A stretch of DNA of 64,000 nucleotides, from the NCBI GenBank assembly GCA_047719095.1, contig JBDNSL010000002.1, positions 10,909 to 74,908 on the forward strand, in the 5' to 3' direction. This DNA is from Acetobacter sp. (lineage in GTDB: Bacteria > Pseudomonadota > Alphaproteobacteria > Acetobacterales > Acetobacteraceae). Shown here piece by piece: positions 10,280 through 20,762 of this stretch. Every line of letters starts with the position of its first letter. The stretch's first letter is position 1. A program made the translations under genes and the position numbers. The notes under the pieces are model-generated. The model was not told the DNA's origin, did no database searches, and saw nothing but the letters and a program-made list of their open reading frames with translations.

Positions 10280-12484
10280 TTATTTGTCCATCAACGCAGG
10301 GAAAAATGTTTCGTGCGCAGATTGAAGACGTAGGGCAGATATGGTGACCCCGCTGGGCAGAATCAAATCATTTCCACCGGAGCGGCCCATCAGGCGTGCT
10401 GGCACGCCAGCCTGTGCGGCGCGTGCACAAAAAGCCTGAGCGTCGTCCACACAGACAAGATACCGGGCCTGATCCTCGCCAAACCAGAAAGCTTCCGGGC
10501 GGATACCGGAATCCGGGCTTTCCAGTTCGCAGCCCGTGCCGGACGCCATAACCATTTCCGCCGCAGCCACCAGAATGCCACCATCGGCAATGTCATGGCA
10601 TGCAGTAATCTGGCCTGCCTGAATTTCGGCGCGGACAAAGTCCCCATTCCGTTTTTCTGCTGCCAGATCCACCGTTGGTGGTGCCCCTTCCTCACGGCCC
10701 AGAATTTCACGCAGCCAGATGGACTGGCCGAGTTCGCCTCTGGTTGTGCCGATCAGCACCACATCCTTGTCAGCCTGCATGCCAAGGCCGATAGCGGTGG
10801 ACACATCGTCCAGAACGCCAAGCCCACCAATAGCGGGTGTGGGCAAAATGGCCTGCGTTGTGCCATCGGGCATCCGGGTTTCGTTGTAGAGAGAGACGTT
10901 ACCGCTCACGATGGGGAAGTCGAGAACCGTGCAGGCCTCTCCCATGCCTTCCAGAGCGGCAATGAACTGGCCCATGATCTCCGGCTTTTCGGGGTTGCCA
11001 AAGTTCAGGTTGTCCGTCACCGCCAGAGGGCGTGCACCGGTTGCGGTAATGTTACGCCAGGCTTCGGCCACGGCTTGTGCGCCACCAGAGCGCGGGTCGG
11101 CCTGACAGTAGCGCGGCGTGCAATCGGTGGTGAGTGCAAGGCCGATCTGCGTATCGTCCACCCGGACAATAGCCGCGTCCGCAGCACCGGGGCGGCGTAC
11201 GGTCTGCCCACCAACCGTGCTGTCATACTGGTTCCACACCCATGCGCGTGAGGCCAGATCGGGGGATGCCACAAGCTGAAGCAACATGGCATCAAGCGAC
11301 AGGGGGGCATGGACGCTGCCAAGTTCGGCTGGTTTTTCCGGCGCAATGGAAGGACGGTCATAGACCGGAGCTTCATCAGCCAGAGGTTCGAGCGCGATGT
11401 CGGCTTCAAGCTGGCCCTTGTGCTTGATAACAATATGCCCGGTTTCGGTCAGGTGACCGATAATGGCAAAGTCCAGTTCCCATTTTTCAAAGATCTTGCG
11501 AGCAAGTTCCGTCCGGTCTGGGCGCAGGACCATGAGCATGCGTTCCTGACTTTCAGAAAGCATCATCTCATAGGCGGTCATGTTGGGTTCGCGCTGGGGT
11601 ACGGCGTCAAGATCAAGCTCAATACCGACCCCGCCTTTTCCGGCCATTTCCACGGCGGAAGAGGTCAGGCCCGCAGCCCCCATATCCTGAATGGCAACAA
11701 TGGCGTCTGTTGCCATCAGTTCCAGACAGGCCTCAATCAACAGTTTTTCAATGAAGGGGTCGCCAACCTGTACGGTTGGGCGCTTGGATAGCGCGTCCTC
11801 ATCAAACTCGGCGGAGGACATGGTGGCACCATGGATCCCGTCGCGCCCGGTGCGGGAGCCTACATAGACAACAGGGTTGCCAACACCAGCGGCCGCAGAC
11901 AGGAAAATTTTATCCTGCCGGGCAATACCAACCGTCATGGCGTTAACAAGAGGGTTGCCGTCATAGGCGGGGTGGAAGTTAATTTCCCCACCAACAGTTG
12001 GCACACCAACGCAGTTACCATAGCCACCAATGCCACGGACCACGCCGTCTACAATGCGGCGGGTAACCGGGTTTTCAGGGCTGCCAAAACGCAGGGCGTT
12101 CAGGTTGGCAATCGGGCGCGCACCCATGGTGAACACGTCGCGCAGAATACCACCAACACCCGTGGCCGCCCCCTGATAGGGTTCGATAAAGGACGGATGG
12201 TTGTGGCTTTCCATCTTGAAGATGGCAGCATACCCCTGCCCGATATCCACAACGCCCGCGTTTTCACCCGGACCATGGATAACCCACGGAGCTTTGGTGG
12301 GGAGCCCACGCAGCCATTTGCGCGAAGATTTGTAGGAGCAGTGCTCCGACCACATCACAGAAAAAACACCCAGCTCCGTCAGGCTGGGCGTACGCCCCAT
12401 AATTGACAGAACACGCCCGTATTCCTCGGATGTCAGGCCGAATTCACGTGCTAGGGATTCATCAACGGTTACAGGCTTATTCAC
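10280..12484 (-). CDS. purL: Phosphoribosylformylglycinamidine synthase subunit PurL
   Basis: [40 protein letters not shown]. Confidence 0.97.
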   Translation of the reverse strand: MNKPVTVDESLAREFGLTSEEYGRVLSIMGRTPSLTELGVFSVMWSEHCSYKSSRKWLRGLPTKAPWVIHGPGENAGVVDIGQGYAAIFKMESHNHPSFIEPYQGAATGVGGILRDVFTMGARPIANLNALRFGSPENPVTRRIVDGVVRGIGGYGNCVGVPTVGGEINFHPAYDGNPLVNAMTVGIARQDKIFLSAAAGVGNPVVYVGSRTGRDGIHGATMSSAEFDEDALSKRPTVQVGDPFIEKLLIEACLELMATDAIVAIQDMGAAGLTSSAVEMAGKGGVGIELDLDAVPQREPNMTAYEMMLSESQERMLMVLRPDRTELARKIFEKWELDFAIIGHLTETGHIVIKHKGQLEADIALEPLADEAPVYDRPSIAPEKPAELGSVHAPLSLDAMLLQLVASPDLASRAWVWNQYDSTVGGQTVRRPGAADAAIVRVDDTQIGLALTTDCTPRYCQADPRSGGAQAVAEAWRNITATGARPLAVTDNLNFGNPEKPEIMGQFIAALEGMGEACTVLDFPIVSGNVSLYNETRMPDGTTQAILPTPAIGGLGVLDDVSTAIGLGMQADKDVVLIGTTRGELGQSIWLREILGREEGAPPTVDLAAEKRNGDFVRAEIQAGQITACHDIADGGILVAAAEMVMASGTGCELESPDSGIRPEAFWFGEDQARYLVCVDDAQAFCARAAQAGVPARLMGRSGGNDLILPSGVTISALRLQSAHETFFPALMDK

Positions 12485-13182
12485 CGGACAACAGCCTCCA
12501 CCAGACCTTCGAACAGAGGCAGACCATCCTCACCCCCCATAAGCGGATCAACCAGATCCTCGGGGTGGGGCATCATGCCGCAGATACGTTTGTTTTCGCT
12601 CAGAATACCGGCAATGCTGTTAACGCTGCCGTTCGGGTTGCTGGTTCTGTCATCGGCGCGCACATGGCCTTTGGCATCAGCATAGCGGAAGGCAACACGG
12701 CCCTCGCCTTCCAGCACGGCAAGCGTTTGGGCATCGGCAGTGTAGTTGCCATCGCCATGTGCCAGCGGCGTGCGGAAGATGTCCCCGCTTTTCCAGCGCC
12801 GGGTAAAGGGCGTACCCTCAACCTCCACGCGCAAATGGCAATCCTGCGAGAGGAACCGCAGGTCCGCATTGCGCAGCAGCGCGCCGGGCAGCAGATTGCT
12901 TTCGGTCAAAATCTGGAAGCCATTGCACACGCCCAGAATGTGTCCACCCTTGGCGGCAAAGTCACGCACGGCTCCCATAATGGGGGAGTGTGCGGCCATG
13001 GCACCACAACGCAGGTAATCGCCATAGCTGAAGCCGCCGGGGAGCACGACCAGATCAACACCGCTCAGATCTGTCTCGTGGTGCCAGATCATGCGGGGGG
13101 CCTGCCCGGTTACGCGCCGCAGGGCAATGGCCATATCCCGCTCCCGGTTCGTGCCGGGAAATACGACAATCGCTGCTTTCAT
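12481..13182 (-). CDS. purQ: FGAM synthase glutaminase subunit PurQ
   Basis: [32 protein letters not shown]. Confidence 0.97.
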   Translation of the reverse strand: MKAAIVVFPGTNRERDMAIALRRVTGQAPRMIWHHETDLSGVDLVVLPGGFSYGDYLRCGAMAAHSPIMGAVRDFAAKGGHILGVCNGFQILTESNLLPGALLRNADLRFLSQDCHLRVEVEGTPFTRRWKSGDIFRTPLAHGDGNYTADAQTLAVLEGEGRVAFRYADAKGHVRADDRTSNPNGSVNSIAGILSENKRICGMMPHPEDLVDPLMGGEDGLPLFEGLVEAVVR

Positions 13183-13550
13183 TTTTTTACGTCACACGGA
13201 TAAGAGTCATGCAGGGCGGTAAAAACGCTCTCGCCTACCGGTTTACCCAAAGAGTCGGTGTGTGCCTTCAGCCATGTCAGCACCTTGGTGCGCATGGCGG
13301 CAATGTCTTCGTTTGCGGGCACACAAAAGCCTGTGGGAGCTGCAGCATCGCCATTATTGTGACCGTTGATCTGTGCAAGGGTCACGCCATCTGTCAGGCC
13401 GCTCAGATATGCATCACACGCGGTCCGTGTGGACGCGGTGGAGCACATTTTGCCAAATGCGGCGGCCTTCATGGGAGCAAGTCGCTGTGCATGGGCAAGG
13501 CTGGGGGGTGCCAGCGCGCCAGCAAGGGCGATCAGGGCAAGGCGCTTCAT
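13179..13550 (-). CDS. Exported Rap1a/Tai-like (T6SS amidase immunity family) protein
   Basis: Signal peptide; four-Cys pattern [26 protein letters not shown] recalls the Rap1a family; 4-nt overlaps with purS and purQ. Confidence 0.65.
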   Translation of the reverse strand: MKRLALIALAGALAPPSLAHAQRLAPMKAAAFGKMCSTASTRTACDAYLSGLTDGVTLAQINGHNNGDAAAPTGFCVPANEDIAAMRTKVLTWLKAHTDSLGKPVGESVFTALHDSYPCDVKK

Positions 13551-13789
13551 GCCACAACCTCGACCGAGTAATCCTCGATGACCAGATTAGCCAGCAGGTT
13601 GCGGGCCATTTCGCCCGCTTTTTCATGCGCTTCCTCGGCTTTTACGCCGTGCAGGTCCAGTTCGATAACCTTGCCGACGCGCACGTCCTGCACGCCATCA
13701 AAGCCCAGTGTATGCAGTGCATGGCCAATGGCCTTTCCCTGCGGGTCCAGAACGCCGTCTTTAAGCATGACGGTTACACGTACTTTCAT
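13547..13789 (-). CDS. purS: FGAM synthase subunit PurS
   Basis: VLDPQGKAI, VRVGK, LLANLVIEDY; GGAG RBS before MKVRV. Confidence 0.96.
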   Translation of the reverse strand: MKVRVTVMLKDGVLDPQGKAIGHALHTLGFDGVQDVRVGKVIELDLHGVKAEEAHEKAGEMARNLLANLVIEDYSVEVVA

Positions 13790-13817
13790 TCTCAAACTCC
13801 CAAAGTACCCGTAGGGG

Positions 13818-14585
13818 TTACTGAACTGTTTCTGGGCCTTTCATGTCACCCCCGGCGCCGTTTTCCGGCAGGATGCCCATGCGGCGTGCAACTTCCTGAT
13901 ACGCTTCCTTCACGTTGCCCAGATCGCGGCGGAAGCGGTCCTTGTCGAGCTTTTCGTTTGTGTGAAGGTCCCACAGGCGGCAGTTATCAGGCGAAATTTC
14001 GTCAGCAAGAACAATACGCATGTCCTCACCTTCCCAGCACCGGCCGAACTCGAGCTTGAAGTCCACGAGCTGGATGCCAATGCCGCTGAACAGGCCGCAG
14101 AGGAAGTCGTTCACGCGCATGGACATGCCCGTAATATCTTCCAGATCGTGCGGGCAGGCCCAGCCGAATGCGATAATGTGATCTTCCGATACCAGCGGGT
14201 CACCGAGCTCGTCGTTCTTGTAATAGAACTCAACAATCGGGCGTGGCAGGCGCTGGCCTTCGGGGATGTTGAAGCGCTTGGAAATGCTGCCAGCGGCAAC
14301 ATTGCGGATGACCACCTCAAGCGGGATGATCTCCACTTCCTTTACCAGTTGCTCACGCATGTTGATGCGGCGGATAAAGTGGGTGGGGATGCCGATTTCC
14401 TGCAAACGCAGCATCAGGTGTTCGCTAATGCGGTTGTTGAGCACACCTTTGCCGGTAATCACACCGCTTTTGGCACCATTGCCAGCCGTGGCATCGTCCT
14501 TGAAGTATTGCACAAGGGTCCCCGGTTCCGGACCTTCAAAGAGGATTTTGGCTTTACCTTCATAAAGCTGGCGGCGACGGGCCAT
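13818..14585 (-). CDS. purC: SAICAR synthase
   Basis: [44 protein letters not shown]. Confidence 0.97.
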   Translation of the reverse strand: MARRRQLYEGKAKILFEGPEPGTLVQYFKDDATAGNGAKSGVITGKGVLNNRISEHLMLRLQEIGIPTHFIRRINMREQLVKEVEIIPLEVVIRNVAAGSISKRFNIPEGQRLPRPIVEFYYKNDELGDPLVSEDHIIAFGWACPHDLEDITGMSMRVNDFLCGLFSGIGIQLVDFKLEFGRCWEGEDMRIVLADEISPDNCRLWDLHTNEKLDKDRFRRDLGNVKEAYQEVARRMGILPENGAGGDMKGPETVQ

Positions 14586-14736
14586 GATGATCCTTACCTG
14601 TCGAAATGTGTAAGGGCGGCTGGGCGACCGCCCCAAAAACCGGGGGAACCGAACTGGCGGTTCACCCCTTTATTGACCCAATGTACATAGCAGGCTTCCC
14701 GCGTGGAGGATACAGCCTGTAAAATACGGACAGGCC

Positions 14737-16086
14737 TTACTGCTTGGGGCCTGTCTCGCCAAAGATTTTTTCAAACTGGAAATCCAGCGCCTTCAGGTGC
14801 TGGCGGCTATCCATGGCCGCGTCAAGCACATCGGCTGGAATGCGCCCCGAAATTTCGGGGTCTTCGGCCAGATTTTCGCGGAAGGTTTTGCCTTCGGGCG
14901 TGCCCAGTTTGGTCCATGTGGCCATCGCGTTGTGCTGGACAATGCGGTAGGCATCCTCGCGCGACAGGCCGGCCTTGGCCAGTGCAAGCAGCACTTCGCC
15001 CGAATGGACAACGCCGCCAAGGCTTTCAATGTTAGCCGCCATGCGGTCGGGGTAGACAACCAGTTTGGAAATCATGCCCGACAGGCGGGCAAGGGCAAAG
15101 TCCAGCCCAATGGTTGCATCGGGGCAGATGTTGCGTTCAACCGAGGAATGGCTGATGTCACGCTCATGCCACAGAGCCACGTTTTCCAGCGCGGGAATAA
15201 CGGCTGCACGCACCAGACGGGCAAGGCCTGTCAGGTTTTCGGTCAGTACCGGGTTGCGCTTGTGCGGCATGGCGGAAGACCCCTTCTGCCCCGGATGGAA
15301 GAATTCCTCCGCTTCACGCACTTCCGAACGCTGGAGATGGCGCACCTCGGTTGCAAGGCGTTCAATGCCGCTGGCAATAACAGCCAGCGCACAGAAAAAC
15401 GCAGCATGCCGGTCCCGCGGGATAACCTGCGTGGACACGGTCTCGGCCTGTAGGCCAAGGCGCTCGGCCACATAGGCCTCTACACGCGGGTCAAGGTGGG
15501 CATAGGTGCCAACCGCGCCAGAAATGGCGCATGTGGCAATTTCGGCCCGTGCGGCTTCAAGCCGGGTCCGGTTGCGGGCGAATTCGGCATAATGCCCGGC
15601 AATTTTCAGCCCGAAGGAGGTGGGTTCGGCATGAATGCCGTGGCTGCGGCCAATGGTCAGGGTATGTTTGTGCTCAAACGCACGGGCCTTCAGCGCGGCC
15701 AGCGTATCGTCCAGGTCCTTGAGCAGCAGATCGGTCGCCTGCACAAGCTGCACGGCAAGGCAGGTGTCCAGCACGTCCGAGGAGGTCATGCCCAGATGGA
15801 CAAAGCGGCTCTCGGGGCCAACCTTTTCGGCAAGCCATGTCAGAAACGCGATAACGTCATGACGGGTTTCGGCTTCGATCTCATCAATTCTGGCAAGGTC
15901 GGTATCGGAAAAGGCGGCCATTGCGGCGGCACCTTTTTCACGCACGACTTTGGCGGCTTCCTTGGGAACTGACCCGTATTCGGCCATGGCCTCGCAGGCC
16001 AGCGCTTCAATCTCGAACCAGATTCGATAGCGGTTTTCGGGGGACCAGATTGCGGCCATGACGGGGCGGGTATAGCGCGGCACCAT
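14737..16086 (-). CDS. purB: Adenylosuccinate lyase
   Basis: RHDVIAF, TSSDVLDT, GRSHGIHAEP, GSSAMPHKRNP, HERDISHS. Confidence 0.97.
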   Translation of the reverse strand: MVPRYTRPVMAAIWSPENRYRIWFEIEALACEAMAEYGSVPKEAAKVVREKGAAAMAAFSDTDLARIDEIEAETRHDVIAFLTWLAEKVGPESRFVHLGMTSSDVLDTCLAVQLVQATDLLLKDLDDTLAALKARAFEHKHTLTIGRSHGIHAEPTSFGLKIAGHYAEFARNRTRLEAARAEIATCAISGAVGTYAHLDPRVEAYVAERLGLQAETVSTQVIPRDRHAAFFCALAVIASGIERLATEVRHLQRSEVREAEEFFHPGQKGSSAMPHKRNPVLTENLTGLARLVRAAVIPALENVALWHERDISHSSVERNICPDATIGLDFALARLSGMISKLVVYPDRMAANIESLGGVVHSGEVLLALAKAGLSREDAYRIVQHNAMATWTKLGTPEGKTFRENLAEDPEISGRIPADVLDAAMDSRQHLKALDFQFEKIFGETGPKQ

Positions 16087-16250
16087 AACGCGGATTTCCT
16101 TAACCAGAACAGTTTAAACGTCAGAACAGGTGGCGCCTCTCTAGCGGATTTCGCGCAGGTCGTCTGCCCGCAATACGGAAAACTTTGACATTTTGTCCCA
16201 CGTGCCAGAAATTCCGGCCATTCAAGGCTTGTTTTGGAATCGGAGTTATT

Positions 16251-16859
16251 GTGGCCAACCTATTTGATTCTGCCAGTTTTCCGGCAGTAGCCGCCCTTTT
16301 GCAGGTTGTGCTGATCGATGTGACGCTGGCCGGGGACAATGCTGTTGTCATTGGCATGGCCGTACGCTCGCTTGGTGGGGCGCAACGGCGCAAGGCTATC
16401 TGGGCTGGTGTGGGGCTGGCTGCGGTTATTAGGGTGCTGCTTGCACTTGTTGCGGTCAAACTGCTGGCGATTGTTGGCCTGACGTTGGCAGGTGGTCTGC
16501 TGCTGCTGTGGGTCTGCTGGCGTATGTACCGCGAAATGCAGCACAGCACTGCCGAGGGCGAAAATGGCGAGGCCGCACCCGGCAGCCTGCGCTCGGCCAT
16601 TATCAAGATCCTGATTGCCGATCTGTCCATGAGCTTGGATAACGTGCTTGCCGTTGCCGGGGCTGCGCGTGAGCATCCGGGTATTCTGGTCATGGGGCTG
16701 GCGTTGTCCGTCATACTCATGGGGCTGGCGGCCTCCCTTATTGCGCGTCTGCTGGAGCGGTATAAGTGGATTTCGTGGGTGGGGCTGCTGGTTGTTCTGG
16801 CGGTTGCCGTGGAACTGATTGTGAGTGGCGGCGGAGAGGTCTGGGGCCACCTGTCCTGA
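16251..16859 (+). CDS. TerC family (YjbE-like) membrane protein
   Basis: IDVTLAGDNAVVI and ADLSMSLDNVLAVAG; GTG start after GGAG. Confidence 0.9.
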   Translation: MANLFDSASFPAVAALLQVVLIDVTLAGDNAVVIGMAVRSLGGAQRRKAIWAGVGLAAVIRVLLALVAVKLLAIVGLTLAGGLLLLWVCWRMYREMQHSTAEGENGEAAPGSLRSAIIKILIADLSMSLDNVLAVAGAAREHPGILVMGLALSVILMGLAASLIARLLERYKWISWVGLLVVLAVAVELIVSGGGEVWGHLS

Positions 16860-16942
16860 GCCTGACGCAGGTGTGACAGGCAGGCTCTTCCGTCCCGATA
16901 AAAGGGCTTGCCATTTGTAAAGAAACCCGTTGAATCTCGGGT

Positions 16943-18916
16943 ATGATCCGTTTTTACCCTTCATGGCGGCGGCAGCTTGCCGCCGCAGTCTCGCTGGTCG
17001 GTTTTTCCCTGACCGCCTGCTCCGGTCCATCTGCTCAGCCTGTGTCGGCTGGTATGGGGGATGGTCCGTCAGGTGCTGCGTCTTTGCCAGCAGGGGCTGC
17101 AACTGGCAGCCTGAATGACCGGCTGGACATGTGGCTCCGCCTTGTAGGCCCCACGCACGCCAGTGCACAGGATTATGCGGATTTCCTGCAAGCCGGTGGC
17201 ACATGGCCACGTTGGTCGCTGCTGGTGCTGCGTATGCAGCAGGCCTTGGCGAACGAGACCGATCCTCAGGTTCTGGCCCGCCTGTGCCATACGCAAAAAC
17301 TCACCTACGCACCGGCCCTTGTGCAATGCGCAACACAACTGGCAGGCGACAAGCCCCTTCAGCAGCAACTGGCGACCCAAGCCGTGGCCGCATGGGCGGA
17401 CGGGAATGACACGCCAAGTGCCGCCAGTGCGCTGGCCAGCACTTTCGGGCCTGCCCTGACACCCCAAAGCTCTTGGTTGCGGTTTGACCGGGAGGAGCGT
17501 GCGGGGCTGGTAAACGCCGCCCAGCAGACCCTGCCCTACCTGTCTGCTAGCCAGCAACGGTTGGCACAGGCGCGACTGGCGCTAAGGAACAATGACGCAA
17601 CGGCACAGTCCTTGCTGGATGCCCTGCCTTCTTCCGCACGCACGGACCCGTGGCTTGTTCTTGATCAGGCTCGCTGGCTGCGTAAACAGCAACGCTATGA
17701 TGAAGCGGTCGCCTTGTGGAAAGCCGGGGCTGTGGAAGCGGAGCGGAAGGCACGCTCCAAACTGTTCTGGCGTGAGCGGGATGCGCTGGCCAGAGAGCTT
17801 ATCACGCAGAATCGGGCAGAAGACGCCTTTGCCGTCGCCAATGACACGGTAACAGATGGGGAGAGCCGTCTGGATGCAGTGTTTCTGAGCGGGTGGATTA
17901 CGCTGCGCATGCAACATGACAGCGCAACCGCCGAAGATTTTTTCCACCAGCTAACAACGTCCCAGTCCCTTATTACCCGTAGCCGCGGGTTTTACTGGCT
18001 TGGGCGCGCGCGGGCCGCGGCAGGCAATACGGCCTCGGCTCAGGCGGACTGGACGCGTGCAACAGCGTATCCGGGCACCTATTATGGCCAGATGGCAGCA
18101 GCCACACTGGCAGGTCAGGGCAATGTGCTGCTGACACCCGAGCAGGTCCCTGCACTGATCGTACGCAACCTCCAAGACGTGAGCAACGCAACCTCCTCCA
18201 CCTCTGAAGATGTTTTGCCAACAGGCAATGATTTGCTTCTGGCTGCTCTGCGGCTGTCGTCCATGGGGGATAAGGAGCACACACGCGATTTTTTGAGCCT
18301 GTTTGAAAAACAGGTTACCGATACCCCGCAACGTCAGGCGCTTTCCGCCATGGCATTGCGGCTGGGCGTGCCCGATGTTGCCGTCACCATTGCCCGCCAT
18401 GCGGGGCGCGATGGTGTGTTTATGCTGCGCTCTGGGTGGCCCCTCCCCTACACGCCCCCCAACAGCACCTTGCCGCAGGGGTTTGTTCTGGGCCTGATGC
18501 GGCAGGAAAGCAGCTTTAACCCCGATGCAGCCAGCCCGTCTAATGCGATCGGGCTGATGCAGCTTAAGCCTTCCACCGCTGCGGATATGGTGCGTGCAGC
18601 CGGGGTACCCCAGTCTGCTGCCACGGCATTGGGGCTGCGTAACCCGCAAAACAACATGCAGTTGGGCACGGCCTATCTGCTGCATATGCAGGACCGTTTT
18701 GGCCCGGTCGTTCCCTATATGGCTGCGGCCTATAATGGCGGGCCAACCCGGTTGGCCAAGTGGCTGGCCACAACGGGGGACCCGGTGCGAAGTGGTGCGG
18801 ATATGGAGCAGATGATCGACTGGGTGGAAAACATACCCTACGCCGAAACACGGAATTACGTGCAACGCGTATGGGAAAACATGACAGTCTATAAAGCATT
18901 GGGAACACCACAATGA
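16943..18916 (+). CDS. Soluble lytic murein transglycosylase (Slt70-like), probable lipoprotein
   Basis: LTAC lipobox-like; C-terminal RQESSF, GLMQL, AAYNGGP, IPYAETRNYVQRV. Confidence 0.9.
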   Translation: MIRFYPSWRRQLAAAVSLVGFSLTACSGPSAQPVSAGMGDGPSGAASLPAGAATGSLNDRLDMWLRLVGPTHASAQDYADFLQAGGTWPRWSLLVLRMQQALANETDPQVLARLCHTQKLTYAPALVQCATQLAGDKPLQQQLATQAVAAWADGNDTPSAASALASTFGPALTPQSSWLRFDREERAGLVNAAQQTLPYLSASQQRLAQARLALRNNDATAQSLLDALPSSARTDPWLVLDQARWLRKQQRYDEAVALWKAGAVEAERKARSKLFWRERDALARELITQNRAEDAFAVANDTVTDGESRLDAVFLSGWITLRMQHDSATAEDFFHQLTTSQSLITRSRGFYWLGRARAAAGNTASAQADWTRATAYPGTYYGQMAAATLAGQGNVLLTPEQVPALIVRNLQDVSNATSSTSEDVLPTGNDLLLAALRLSSMGDKEHTRDFLSLFEKQVTDTPQRQALSAMALRLGVPDVAVTIARHAGRDGVFMLRSGWPLPYTPPNSTLPQGFVLGLMRQESSFNPDAASPSNAIGLMQLKPSTAADMVRAAGVPQSAATALGLRNPQNNMQLGTAYLLHMQDRFGPVVPYMAAAYNGGPTRLAKWLATTGDPVRSGADMEQMIDWVENIPYAETRNYVQRVWENMTVYKALGTPQ

Positions 18917-19395
18917 CCCCTGCCCGCCTGATAGCAACCTTTGGAGGGTGTGGTCTGGCCCCGCGCGCGCCGGGCACCGTGGGGTCTTTTGCCGCGCTGG
19001 TGGTGGGGGTGCCGTTGTTAAGGCGGCCACGTGCTCTGTTGTGTGCGGCTGTTGCAGCAACCGTTATGGGTTGGTGGGCGACAACCCGTGCTGGAGATGG
19101 CGAGGACCATAGCTGGATTGTTATAGATGAAGTGGCAGGCATGTGGATTGCCCTTTTGGCCTGCCTGCCAGACAACCACACAAATGCCCCTTGCCCCAAA
19201 GCCACGCATCGCCTGCTATGGCCGATTGTGGCCTTTGGGCTGTTCCGCCTGTTTGATATTACCAAGCCCGGCCCCATTGGCACGCTGGATAAACGCCATG
19301 ACGCCTTGGGCGTTATGGGGGATGATGTGCTGGCGGGCATTGCCAGTGCAGGCTGCGTGCTGATGTTGCGTAAACTTCTGGCCCGCAGCCTATAA
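18913..19395 (+). CDS. pgpA: Phosphatidylglycerophosphatase A
   Basis: APGTVGS, IVIDEVAG, FRLFDITKP, GVMGDDVLAG. Confidence 0.92.
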   Translation: MTPARLIATFGGCGLAPRAPGTVGSFAALVVGVPLLRRPRALLCAAVAATVMGWWATTRAGDGEDHSWIVIDEVAGMWIALLACLPDNHTNAPCPKATHRLLWPIVAFGLFRLFDITKPGPIGTLDKRHDALGVMGDDVLAGIASAGCVLMLRKLLARSL

Positions 19396-19409
19396 CCCAC
19401 GGGCTGAAC

Positions 19410-19925
19410 ATGGGAGATAACGTGATGATTTTTGACGATAAGGTCTTAGCCCAGACCATGCATGTTCTGGAGCTGTTGCGCCTTGCCAACGTCAGGGTTG
19501 TTACGGCGGAAAGCTGCACTGGGGGGCTGCTGGCAGGAGCCTTGACGCATTTTGCAGGCTCGTCCGATGTGACCGAAGGGGGCTTTGTTACATACTCCAA
19601 TAGCATGAAGCAGGCCATTCTGGGGGTGCAGGCGCAAACACTGGCAACCCATGGAGCAGTGAGCGCGCAGACAGTGGAACAAATGGCCGAGGGGGCGCTA
19701 AAGGCCAGTGCTGGCGCGCATATTGCTGTGTCCATTTCCGGTATTGCTGGCCCCGGTGGCGGAAGTGCAGACAAGCCGGTTGGTCTGGTCTGGTTTGCCA
19801 CGGCACTTCGGGGGGGGCAGACTAGTGCTAGCAGGCAGGTCTTTACGGGTGACAGGGCCAGCGTGCGCCAGCAGGCAGTGCTGTATGCCCTCACCCTTGT
19901 CGCTGGCCGCTTGGGCCACCAGTAA
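19410..19925 (+). CDS. CinA C-terminal domain protein (NMN deamidase PncC-like)
   Basis: TAESCTGG, VTYSN, HGAVS, GIAGPGGG..KPVG. Confidence 0.9.
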   Translation: MGDNVMIFDDKVLAQTMHVLELLRLANVRVVTAESCTGGLLAGALTHFAGSSDVTEGGFVTYSNSMKQAILGVQAQTLATHGAVSAQTVEQMAEGALKASAGAHIAVSISGIAGPGGGSADKPVGLVWFATALRGGQTSASRQVFTGDRASVRQQAVLYALTLVAGRLGHQ

Positions 19926-19932
19926 AATAGAC

Positions 19933-20232
19933 CTAGCGCCTGTCCGCCGGATTATAAACAGGGGCTTCCAGCAGTTCGGGGGCTATAACTCCCGTGCCTT
20001 TGGCTATGGTGCCTTCAGGTAAGATAACAGGTGCAACAGGGCGCACTGGTTGGGCGCGCTGTGCGCGGGCCAGACTTTGGGCGTTAAGCGCGTCTGTTGC
20101 CGCCCCCGGAGTGTTGAGGTTTGCGGGGGCAGTGTGTGCATGGGCGGTCTGATCAGGCGTTAAGTTGGTGGTCGCGTGCGCGGTGGAGACCACAACCCCT
20201 CCCAGCAGAACCAGATAAAACAGTCGTGGCAT
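19933..20232 (-). CDS. Hypothetical small exported protein
   Basis: Signal-peptide-like N-terminus ending AHA; Ala/Pro/Thr-rich; fills gap downstream of ratA. Confidence 0.6.
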   Translation of the reverse strand: MPRLFYLVLLGGVVVSTAHATTNLTPDQTAHAHTAPANLNTPGAATDALNAQSLARAQRAQPVRPVAPVILPEGTIAKGTGVIAPELLEAPVYNPADRR

Positions 20233-20276
20233 TTTTCAATCCGTTCTGGGCATTGCCGGGTGGGAGGCGTGTTGAA

Positions 20277-20762
20277 CTAGCCAGCCGTTTTATGGCCAGA
20301 CAGAGCTGTTGTGGGGGCAGCCTGCAACACTGGTGGTCCATAAACCTCCTTGGCGCGTTTGATAAACGCGGACACCATGAGGCGGGTTGCTTCGGTAAAA
20401 ACCACACCGATCGCGGCCTGAAGAATGCGGGAGTTGAACTCAAAATCGACAAAAAAGTCGACCTGACAGCCGCTTGCATGGGGGGTGAACGTCCACACAT
20501 TCCGCAGGTAGCGGAATGGCCCGCGTTCGTAGCGCACGGTAATTGTTTTCGGGCGTTCCAGTGTGACACGGGAGGTAAAGCTTTCGCGGAACGGGCCAAA
20601 ACCTATGGTCAGGTCGGCAACAAGCTCTGTCTCGGTGCGTGTGCGCAAGCGTGCGGCAACACACCAGGGTAAAAAAGCCGGGTAGTGTGCAACGTCTGCA
20701 ACCAGATCAAAAATCTGCTCCGGACGATAGGGCAGAACACGCGTCTCTGCGTGTTTAGGCAT
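20277..20762 (-). CDS. ratA: RatA/PasT/Coq10 START-domain protein
   Basis: LVADVAHYPAFLPWC, FTSRV, GPFRYLRNVW; usual position downstream of lipA. Confidence 0.88.
   Translation of the reverse strand: MPKHAETRVLPYRPEQIFDLVADVAHYPAFLPWCVAARLRTRTETELVADLTIGFGPFRESFTSRVTLERPKTITVRYERGPFRYLRNVWTFTPHASGCQVDFFVDFEFNSRILQAAIGVVFTEATRLMVSAFIKRAKEVYGPPVLQAAPTTALSGHKTAG

Noticed and set aside
20277-20762. ratA as a toxin-antitoxin toxin
   Set aside because: No antitoxin partner; the lipA-linked copy is the housekeeping Coq10-like protein
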